Assembly: GCA_002633005.1 (NCBI GenBank)
Contig: NMRA01000072.1
Coordinates: 28,973-92,972, forward strand
Origin: Phoronis australis
Taxonomy: Eukaryota; Animalia; Phoronida
Length of the DNA: 64,000 nt
Direction: 5' to 3'
The notes below the pieces were generated by a model. The model had not been told where the DNA came from. It was given only the letters and a program-made list of their open reading frames with translations, and did no database searches. Positions within the stretch are counted from its first letter, which is position 1; every line of letters begins with the position of its first letter. Positions 53,320 through 64,000 of the stretch are shown one piece after another. Position numbers and translations under genes: made by a program.

Positions 53320-53739
53320 AGCCTTTTTGTCTTATCACTGAAGTCATCTATGTACACAGACCTGTCAGCTCTCATGGGTTTGCCCTGTCTCACGTTTTTG
53401 ACATGAAATCACGGTCTCATTTCATTGTGCTTTAATCTCATGTTTTTAATTCTTTAGAAAAAAATAATAAAATCCGACTTAAAAACCTTGGTTGCCTGTG
53501 AATTCTTTCCACAATTTGATCAGCGTAATGTCCAGGATGCAGGGATATTACACCTTTTAAAAAGTTTATTGGAAAATGTTTTTCTACATGTATGTATATG
53601 TAGAAGAGGACAAACAACCCTCGTCCTCTTTGCAGCGCGCATTGGATAGCCGCGTCGTGCGTATTTAAACATAACAAACAAAGAATCACATTGGAAAATA
53701 AAAACAGTTATCTATATCTAGCACTCAGTTTTCAGTTAG

Positions 53740-54295
53740 AGGAGTTAAATTGGTTAAAAATAATCACTGAAAAACCAAAACTGCGCTTATAAAGATCTAT
53801 TATGAACGACTATTGTGTAGAAGAGTATTTAAGCCTGCTGGTGTCTCAGAGGTACGCCAGAGCTCGATTTAGAGAAGTTATTCTACCATTGGAGGTTGAG
53901 GTGGGGCCATACTCCGGAATTCCTGTGAATGAACGGATTTATCGTTTTTGTCAAAAAGGAGTTGAAGATGAAGTACATTTCATCTTTGACTGTGAAAAAT
54001 AAACTCAATTTTTATACGGAGTTCTGCCTTACCTCAAACATTCCAAAATAACTTGAAAGGTCCAGCAAAATTCGTCCAAGACGCTTTGCAGGCTAGAAGT
54101 AATTATTTGTTTGTAAACTAGTCTGAATCTGTCAGATTTACCTTGAGTGTGTGCATTATGTTATATTATGGTTTAATTTTTATAAGGTGACAGAGTAAGC
54201 CCATTGAGGCTGGGTGTGTGATGAATTTCTGTATTTGATATTATCTGCTCACTGGCACCCTTATGTCACACTAATAAGCAAATAAAAATAAATAT
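53740..54295 (+). mobile_element. 3' fragment of a non-LTR retrotransposon
   Basis: KPKLR.Y, ARFR...LPLEVEVG.Y.....ERI..FC...VEDEVHFIFDC zinc-knuckle region, then a UTR and an AATAAA-rich tail. Confidence 0.75.
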
Positions 54296-54700
54296 ATTGA
54301 TCACCCATTTGTCAAAATCTCTTATCTGGGGGTTCCGAACACAAGCATGAATGAAATACAATTGTCATATCGCCATGATTCCCTCTTTGTCGTGTTTTGG
54401 CGGAAACAAAAGAACTATCAAGCAACATGAGATTGTTTCTAAAAATTTGTTAGACCAGCGGTCTGAATACGGAGTCAGACTGTTTTTCGCTATCCTTCCA
54501 ATGAGCAATGGAGGAACTCACTTGTTTAAGTAGCATCCACTCACAGAGTTACCAACGTTCAAGGTTGTTTAAAATCTGCAAACTCATTAAACGAATGGTG
54601 TAAAGGGTAATAGGAGGTGGGCCAGAATTCATTTGTAGGGCTTCTAGAAAATGTTTTTTTATGAGTACAATTTTATTTTGGTGTTTTTTAATTCATTTAC

Positions 54701-57450
54701 TAGAGTGTTCTTGAAATCTTAAAACTTCCCAGATATAAAGGTGCACATTTTTAGAAATTTGAGTTTGAAGTTGCATAATAACCACCATAGAGTTTAGAGA
54801 ACTTATATTTGTAAAAACAACAGTTTTTGCTATCTATTTTTGTAAAACAAGTAATACTGTCCCATCGATGTCATTGTATTGAAAAATAATACACTCACAT
54901 TACATGTTTTACTATTGTAGACTAATTGTAAACAGTGAAATTTAAAAAATGTGCAGTGACACCTAGTGGCAGAAATGCAAACTAAGTCTGAATGTTACTA
55001 GGAGGTTATTCTGACATTGTCTGGCAACAAAAATAACACAAAACACTTGAGACTGGGCAAAATTTGTGCTTCAGTGACTGAACCATTGACTAATGGTATA
55101 AAATATAGCTTGTTTGCATAATAAACCAGAAATACGTTATAGTACAAAAACAATATAGTTGAATGATCTCCGTGAATGTGCACACAGACTGTATGAAAAT
55201 AATAGATTATTCTGACACCGTTTAGCAAGCAGTATGAGACAAAATACATGACACTGTTCAAAGTATGTAATGTCTATGACTTAATCAACAAATAAAATTC
55301 ACTTTTTAATACAAAAAACACAAAATGACGGGTTTGGAGGTCTATTTAGGGTTAACTTGTCAAAGAACTATCGTATAGAGCCAGTGTTGCTGATGTTACT
55401 ACAGTTGCCACAGCTCCATATTTCTGTACAGTTTGACCCAGCATTGCCGCACAAACTCAGTTTCCCAGCACAAATTTTCTTTTTGCATTTGCAGCGTTCA
55501 TCATTTAGTACTGTCAATGGAGCTGTGGGCATTATAGCCATATATTTTAACTGGAAAGCGCCACCGCCAAGGAGCCAACTACGGTCGATTAGAGAGGGTA
55601 CAGCACTGCACACTGGTGATTAGCCCGCAGGCAATGAAGGGTCAAACACTAAGTCCTTGTTTGGAGGCGGGCAGGATTTGGGCAAACGTTTGATTCAAAA
55701 TGTGTTACAATGGGCTGTGCTAATTAGAGTCAGCAAGTGAATTATTGAACACTATTCGTGTCTCTTAGTCGGGCACAAACTATAACAGTGAGTAGTTTCA
55801 ANTGCAAACCAGTCGGTCATCCCCTTTACCATCAACAATCCCAGTAGCCTTTGCGCACCCTAATTTCCGGACATGCGCAATCGTTAAATCGATTCGGTTG
55901 CAACTCCGCTATTACAGTATAATGAATACAGGTAAATAACGTATAATAGGTAATCTCTGGTAAGATGGGCAATAAAAAGCGCCGGCCACGTGGAAGTACG
56001 AGAGAATAACGAAAACTGGGAAAATTGAATGAGTTTTTGACGTACGACAATGTGGCCGGAACACGGTGAACTGAAAGAGAGGTTACAATAACAAAGAAAA
56101 ACGCCCCTAAAGACACGTGACAATCATCAGCCTATAACAGCCAAGAGCTGACCGAACTCGAGGCACGTGATAACAGCAGACCACTGCGAAGGCTGGGAAA
56201 ACGACGTGTAGTCCTACACAAAGGAATAATGGAATAGACCGAGATGAGGGGGAAAAGGAATAAGACGAGTCCACATAAAATTTTCAGACGGACTTGTCAG
56301 GAACTGATCCACCACCAGCCTAACAAATTTACATGCCGTCTGATCTGTCGCCTAAAATGTTGATCGTCTAATAATGAGATTAGTTGATGCAACTGAAAAT
56401 AAATCAGCTGATATACCAGTTCAGTGATTGAAACTGAATTTGTTTAAATCAGATGCTCATACCAAAGTCAATCGAGTTACACTTAAGGTAATCAACGTTT
56501 GACGAACTGTGCAGTGGCTTCCACTGTCCCGGGCCTGAAATTACGACGGGGACGCTGGCCACTTAGGCACTTTAATTTAATTACCATTGCAGCTACGTAA
56601 GTAATTTATTTTTACAAAAAATTGAGAAGAGGTTTCCCCCTATCCCAGGATTACGACAGGGGATGACGGCCACTTGGACCTGTTGATTGCAACCATCTAC
56701 TCCATTTAACCTTCTCAAAAATGTTTGATTTAAAGTGCTTAAAATCACACCAACAGTATAACGCCATATGATTATCCCCTGGCGCAAGCAGTGTCGACGT
56801 GGCAACTGAACAAGGGAGTGTTCGAAAAACAGGATTGCAGGAGTTAAACTGGGAACAAATGAAAACATTAACGGCCTCCTCAGAGGCATCTCTCTACGCA
56901 GTACTTCTAAACTTATAGCAACACGGCTTATGGTTTAAACAGTGTGATGCATAATTTGCCAAAAAGCATCCGGCATATGGAGTACCTATGGTATGATCAC
57001 CGTCTCTACTGGGTCAGCAGTATTGTCTAAGGCCTAGGCAGCCAAGGGGCTGAACAAGTTAAAAAAACAACTGGTGATAATACTGAAACACACATGGAAA
57101 ACACCTAGATGTACCTTTCAAAAACACGTACCTGTTTTTCAAAGCTATAAAGTTGTTACTTCTTTCTCTTTCTTGAAATGTGGTCCATAATATACTTTTC
57201 TTGCTAACAAAAGATGCACTCATGTTTCAGAATGTTCCTATCTTGTTCAGGTTAATTGGGTGTTTCAGATTTTGGAAGTCTAATTGATTTTCTTGAGAAA
57301 TTTTGGGTAACATCTGTATCACTTTCAGCGGCTTCAGCTTTATTACTACTGCTGGTGTCTTGAAACGTTGCTATGCCTTTCTATGTCCTTCCAATTTTTG
57401 GTCTGACACTTGATCTTGTACAGCCGCAGTATACTGTATAGGCCGATATG
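54701..57450 (-). mobile_element. Probable Academ-type DNA transposon remnant (spans the N at 55802)
   Basis: C-terminal cysteine cluster P.AP..VL...RCKCKK..C......C...G..CTE...CGNCSN at 55368-55613; N-terminal-like HRK..QRF...SRKS....ILKHECIFC..EKY at ~57140-57400; candidate TAG terminus TAGAGTGTTC at 54701. Family assigned from recalled motifs only. Confidence 0.5.
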
Positions 57451-58531
57451 ACCAAAGCAAAACCGCTTTGTATTATAAAATATGATTTTCGATTTATATG
57501 TAGATCACTTACATGTACTGCACCGTTTTGAAATTGGTCTCAAAATGTGCGTTAGTCAAAATAGGAGTGATTTATGGGTTTGGAAAGACCTAACAGTTCG
57601 TTAGTGCACGAGATCAGGTCCTACTAGTTTGCTTGTCACGGTGTGTCGTCTTATTCGCCGACCATAGTCACGATTGAAACGAATTGCCAGGGTTTTTTTT
57701 CAAAGTGTTAGATCCCTTCTCATCTGAGTAAGAAAATAGTTGACCTAGTAAGAAAATTGTTGACCAACTCTATAGCGATAAGTGGTAGTTTTTAAACGGA
57801 GCGCCTTTTTAAAGACATTCTTTCCGCTTCATTTTTGTAAAAACGTCATGAAACGGATCTTTATGCAACCCATTTTCTCATATGACCCGGAATGTGTTAC
57901 GACACGACTAGTTAATAACACCGACTACGTAATTTTTTGATATTACATGGGCGAATCACAATGTGGTGCAAAGTAGAAATCCATGCGCTTTACATTTTAT
58001 CGTCTACAAAACACAAAAACAATCAAACGCTCGCCAACCAAACACTGCCGGAATTCCGAGAAGGTGACAAGATTATGATTTCTGTCGCAACTGTACGTTC
58101 TCCCAGTTGGAAGGACATGCAAACAACTTTTTTAACGGACCCATCTTCGACGACGAATTCTATATTCACGTTCATTTAAACGGAGACGAGCCCAATTCGA
58201 GAAACGCGGCGTGAGTAGCTGTGCTGTCTTAATGGTCAATTCAGTGCTCAAGCGGGGAAGCCTTGCTGACTGTTATTTATAAACACTTTTTAACTTTTAA
58301 TATTACAATTTCAAAGACTATTTATTAGATTCTAACTTGAATGTTTGCTACGAAAGCTGAATGAAACTTACAGTTGTTAAGCTTAAAATAAAACTATTAA
58401 CAAAAAGTAATTGAATTACTTTACATTGCGCAAGCGTGTTTTTACAAAAGTTGCGTCGTGTTGTTGAAAGTTTTAAACACATCGAGTTTTTCAGCAAAAA
58501 AAGATCGTTTTTACGGTTCATATGAGAAAAC

Positions 58532-58672
58532 AAATCCTACACTCGTTTCAGATTGATGACATGGGCAAAATCTCTTGGAAATTTCGTCAAAATCCCTCGG
58601 CAAGCATCAGGATTTTGACGAAATTTCCAAGAGGTTTTCCCCATGTCATAAACCGGAGACTCGCGTAGGATT
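58532..58672. repeat. Long imperfect palindrome (~60-bp arms)
   Basis: ATGACATGGG..TCTTGGAAATTTCGTCAAAATCC ctcggcaagcatca GGATTTTGACGAAATTTCCAAGA..CCCATGTCAT. Confidence 0.85.
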
Positions 58673-60444
58673 CTCTATTTATTTGAAACTTAAGCCCAAA
58701 TAATGCTCTTTGAGCATGACGTCGAATCTTTTCAAAATAAATTGAAATTAATACAGATTTTTAGCTTAAGTTTCTAAGTTCCGAAACAAAAAAGCTGATA
58801 CAACCTGTAGAAGTGCTTTGCATCTGGCTTAGTCCTAATCAGCCGCACTTTCTCTGCCCCCGTGGTCAAAAAAATTCGAAGTAATCTTCAGTTTTAACTC
58901 TCACGGATCTGGTGTACATTTTCCCCAACCGGACATATTTTTCTTTATACGGCTGATCGTCAAGCACACGATTTCAATTGCATGTTAACCTGCAATTCGG
59001 ATGATTGCGCCGTGACACATAAAAAACAAGAAAAACGCCCAGGGATTAAATTATGCTGGACATAATAACTTGAGTGAATAAACACTTAATTTCTGAAGTA
59101 TAACATTTCAACTTGATCTGATTTATGTCATTTTACTTCTTGGTGAGTTGGTAAATTTAAATAGACGTCAGCAAGATGTGTTTGCGCTAGAACTTCTGCA
59201 ATCATCACTAGTGAGTCTTTTGTGCTGTATTATTTGAATATCACTGCAGCAGAGTATTTCTTCTTGTAACTAGCTTGTTGAATTAAATCAAGCATTGGCC
59301 CGGAATTCGAACAACTGTAAAAACACGTGTACAAAGGGCTGCGAATCGATTTGCATCAACAATATCTAGATCAGATCGATGGCTTGGAAAAAGACTCGTG
59401 CCCGGTGAGTGATTTACCAATCACGTAGTGCAATATTGACTGTATGAGTATTGAGATATCCAGCTTCGTCAAAAACTCTTGAACAAGTGGGTTGATGGTA
59501 CAGGCGCGATGTATCTGACATGGGGAATACTTCTGGTCATTATTGTCGTTTCAGCAAAAGGTAATGTTCTTGACATAATTTTACATTGACCATTGCACTG
59601 TCACCACAGAATCGAGAAGTTTTATTGGTTTGTTTACCAAAGTTGTCAAGTAATTGTGATCGGAGAAAAATTCACATTTCTAATTCAGATCACGTGTATA
59701 AATCGCGATCGTTTACCTAACAATTAAGGCTTTAATTGAGAAGACGAAGTTTTGTTGTAGACTTAATTTTCTTTTGATTGATAAATTGTCCATCACATGC
59801 TGAGCAAGGTAAAACACTCAATGAAAACATTTATCATAGCACATATTATTGTTTTCCACCCTGTATCAAGTAAGTAAAAATCCTGCCATAAATTCCCCTT
59901 CCGTCAAAACTTTAACTCTTATATTCAAACTACATACACTTATGATGTTTGTCCCAAACTCGTTCTTTACTACACTAAAGTTGAGTTCAGGGCTCTATTT
60001 TATGAAAGACACAGTTACTTCTGAAAATGAATCTTAGTTGAGCAAAACACGTCTCATTAAAGATCAAAGTATTTTGGCACTCTTTAGTTTCTGCAGTAAC
60101 TTCTCGTATTGCCGCGCAACACGCCTAGTCTCGCTGTTAAATTGGAAAAGGAGATGTCCAAAACTCATAAAAACAACCAAAAGGAGACAACTTTTTAAAA
60201 CGTTCACAGGCATATATTGTCTATACTTCGACCTTCCTTGGTCATCTAAGGAGTGACTAAAATGCTAGGAAAGGCAACAGAGCCCACCAGGAACTTGAAG
60301 ACACAGGTGAGAAAACAACACTAAAGTAACACAGTGGGTTGTCAACCAATACAGACATAAGAGTGTGAAACCCATTATAGAGAGGAGTCAAGCAAAACAC
60401 ACACAAGTGTGCTATTAAGAGTGCTGAAAATAGTTTGACGTTGA

Positions 60445-61037
60445 AATGGAAGGCAACCATTTTTCTTTAGTAGAAATACGGCTCGTTGATTATCCCAGAC
60501 ATAGGCTTCAGTTAATTGCGGCTCCCCGTAATTTTATTAATTAGTCGTGCACTATTCCGGGAGTGGCGACGGGGCACTGCCGGGAATAAACAGCGACAGC
60601 ATGGCACCATTATTCAGGCGTTGTTTTGCAGGAACCTTCATCAATTCCGCGTACAAATCTCTTTCGTAATCCAAGGGCAGAAAATTCTTGCCACACTCTC
60701 GGTAAGTCTCCACTGCTTTGTACGTTGCGTGTACGATAACGCTGCGTTCTTCACACGAACGAGTCAAGTACGGCGGAGAGTGTCATCTTTCGGAAAGCGG
60801 TGTAATGGCGTACCCAAAGTGCGCGTGAGACGCACTCGACAGCTCACACAGTAAGACAATATGAAAACAAAATGTCGGGATTTTCTTAACCCACTACACG
60901 TAACCGCCGGGCTCCGGAGTAACGCACAACTAATTAATATCATAACGGGAAGCCGTCATTAACTGAAAAATATGTGTAGGATAATCAACGAACCGTATTT
61001 TTACTAAAAATGACATGAAAGAAGGTTGCCTTCTCCT
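60445..61037. mobile_element. Kolobok-type MITE with ~130-bp degenerate inverted arms
   Basis: Right end GGTTGCCTTCTCCT|TTAA; left end TTGA|AATGGAAGGCAACC; arms 60445-60570 and 60905-61037 are complementary. Confidence 0.7.
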
Positions 61038-62104
61038 TTAATGTGACTTGTTTGAAAAAAAAACCTGTTACCACTTAAGTAAAAATGCAAAATCATTGAG
61101 AATATAAGTAAATAAATGTTAGCTATATTTCTATATTTTTTCTAGACTGTGAGATCATAATTATTTGGATAAACGCGTTTTCAGTAACTGTACCGTGGAA
61201 GCGTAAGGCCAAATTTGAGGCTTTTTTAATGAAACAGACAGACAACAGCCAGGCTCAACATGTTGCCATGATGAAAATGTTTGTATGGCCACTGTCGTTT
61301 CGGGCTCGGCGAAAAAATACATGAAATTGGAAAGAGCCGAGATGAAATCAGACCCTGTTGCCAGTGTGTGTAAACGGTCAACAGCGTTGTAGAGTATTAT
61401 CCACTATCTAAAATAGATTTCCAAAATCATTTTTCTAAATCTTTTCCCTAAAATGCAAACTTCAATCATAATTTCACTTACACATAAGAACATAAAACTA
61501 TAATTAACTGAAATGAAAACCTCGCAAGCATTTGAAGTTCATTAATACTATATTTCAAATTGGGTGATTTTATAGAAATTATTCAATACACCATGTTACC
61601 GTGTAATTATTAACTGAGATAAACATGTTTGCGGTCATCTCATGTTATTTAAGTTTTGGTTAGCTTTGACTGAAAGTCTGTGCACGTGATGTTCCTATTT
61701 TACTGCACACATTGCAAGTTCTATTAAATGCAAGATAGCTAACTTATTTGCACGATTTTTAAAATTTCATAGTATCCCTGGGCCAATTTGACTACCTAGC
61801 CTACTGTTCGTTCTGACACAGGGGCGCATGCGCTATATTGGGTTCTTTTGGAGTCAGCTATCATTCACGTGTCCTCAGCAGTTGTATATTAATTGCAAAG
61901 GATTTTCAGAGATAAGACCCGAATCAATTTGATTTTATTGAAAAAATGTAAACGGAGAATCAAGGGCTAAGACGATACAAACATTTCAAAAATAGCCAAA
62001 AATACAGAATTCAAAGTTATTGCACTCCCCGAATGCAATGTAATTCACACAAACAAAACCAATAATCGATTCTGCCCTGAGTCTCAAAGGCATAGTTACT
62101 TCTG

Positions 62105-62242
62105 GGCAGAGTTCAGTAACGCTTGGACATCGCTAAAATCTAACCCAAATCACACGTTCTCATTTAAAATACAAGGCAATATCTCACGAAATCTCGCGAC
62201 GTCTTCCTTTTTAGCGAGGCCCTAGCGTTACTGAACTCTACC
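62105..62242. mobile_element. Harbinger-like MITE with CTG TSD
   Basis: CTG|GGCAGAGTTCAGTAACGCT ... AGCGTTACTGAACTCTACC|CTG. Confidence 0.75.
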
Positions 62243-64000
62243 CTGGTCAGCACCCGACTCATTTTGAAACCTGCGCATTACTACTTCAAAGAAAAAAAGA
62301 ACGCCCACCTGCATCAATTTATTTCAAAACCTCACAATCATGTGCAATCGGGGTTTTAAATGCCGTGGCTACCTAGCCAATCACAACCACCTGATTGATC
62401 ACTCTCGCCTAAACACAGCTTTTAACTGCTATCTCACATGCACAAGCGCTGCCAGACTACTCGAGTGACGTGTGAGCAGCGTGCATGACCACAAATAGGT
62501 AGCGCGGTTGTTGGTGGGTCTTTGTTGGTCGACTGAAAACACTGCCGTAGAGTGTTCTTTTCAGGTTGTAAAAGCAGGTTTTTATGTACAGTTGGGCTAA
62601 CCAAATCGGTTGACTTCGGACTATATACTATTACTCCCTGATCTCATCTTAGATTGAATTGATCAAACGAGAAGCAGATGTCAGACATCTGGGCCATACT
62701 CAAATGCATCTGTTTTCGAGACTCAACTCCGTCACTTTTGCTTAGCCGGCCCGCGGCAGACCGTAGAACCCGTTAAAATCTAACACAGGTATAAGAGTAC
62801 CATCGGAGATGGCAACAATTTGGGAGTAAAGCTAATGGGACCATCGGTTGTAATGCATGGCAATATCCTGCGAAGTTTTGTGTGATCTTGCGTTTTCGCG
62901 AGGTTCTTGCGTCTACGGAACACACGCATTTGATGATTTCACGTCATACTTACATTTTCGACACACTAGAACCAACTATGGTCTTTTGGCGTTACTCGGG
63001 GCTGTATAAACCTGAGCGTAAAGTAGTTCCCTCCCCGGCAAAGTTTGAGAGCTCGCTGTCAATGACCTGTCTCATGATCCCAGCACCCGCGTTGTCATGA
63101 TTATCGTGCGAGAGGCGTCCCTTGCCAGTCTGAGAACAGGTTATCACCGTGACAACCTTCTTTTCTAAACCACAGGCGGATTTATAGGGGAGGAATAGGA
63201 AGCCCTGCTCTATGATATGAATTTTGTTTTTTAACGTGACAGGCTTCGTCTAACTACTGTGCATAAAAATACCCTCTTGGAAAGCAGTGCTATCACTGAA
63301 GAGGCCACCCTCATTTTAAATATCACAATAATAAAAATAATAAAAAATAAAACATCTCATTCATTCATAGACCCTCTAGTTGGCTGGGTATCAGTGACGT
63401 CGGAGTGCGCGCTCTGCAAATATAATAAGAGAGTAGTCCCACACAGACTTAAACAAAAGCAATTAGGACATTTATTTTGCGTAATTATAACGATTATCGG
63501 TGCTTTGTGAACAAGACACGAAATCATGCTCGATTCTAATCTCGTCAAATTTGTGTAATCAAGAGAAAATGCCAATATCTTGTCAGTAGCGATCGATGTA
63601 ATTAATCTGAGAAACAATAGGTCATTCTATCCATTAGGCAGACAGGTAATTGCAATGGGTAGGTAAGAACACTCCCCCATCATCGCCAGCGTCTTTACCC
63701 CTGAAAGCCAATCGTTCACATCTTGGAGCCTTGAGAGGTATCAATAATAGACACAAAAATGTTCTGACTGAGTCGTACCTGAACTGCTCATGAGCTTGTT
63801 CAATGAGCAAGCTTCAGTTGCCGGACGGGGGAGCTGTATGCTCATACCCTTAGAAATCAGTGACTTCTTTCACAGTTAGCGTACAGTCTAAATAAATGTA
63901 CGTTGTGACATCATGTCTACTGAGCAACAACCTTGCCAGTTGCAAGAAAGCCACGTATACTTAAAAATAAAAATAAAATGCTCAACCCTGATTTTTTCAG

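Noticed and set aside
62954-63165. AG/GTAAGT-bounded minus-strand exon candidate
   Set aside because: Stops in all three frames and no recognisable motif.

Overview
AT-rich, intron-bearing eukaryotic DNA (probably a marine invertebrate), not a prokaryotic region; almost all ORFs in the supplied track are spurious or transposon debris. Transposable elements dominate. LINEs: two copies of a 5'-truncated L1/Tx1 element with a 15-bp TSD (probably two haplotypes assembled in tandem across an N), a young CR1-group insertion, an older CR1-group element split by an internally deleted piggyBac, and further RT fragments. DNA transposons: a Kolobok element carrying a P2X7-C-terminus-like (KolX) pseudogene and a THAP-transposase remnant, three copies of a non-autonomous Kolobok family, a probable Academ remnant, and many MITEs and palindromes. 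The one clear host-gene signal is a minus-strand gene of symmetric phase-1 exons, each encoding one ShKT six-cysteine domain (25405-25536, 23532-23666, 22800-22919, possibly a degenerate fourth). Upstream of it lies a decayed tandem array of three TATA-bearing modules. TACATGTA, the Tc1/mariner excision footprint, is strongly over-represented, and one instance is caught as a polymorphism between the two L1 copies. All coordinates and counts were read by eye.
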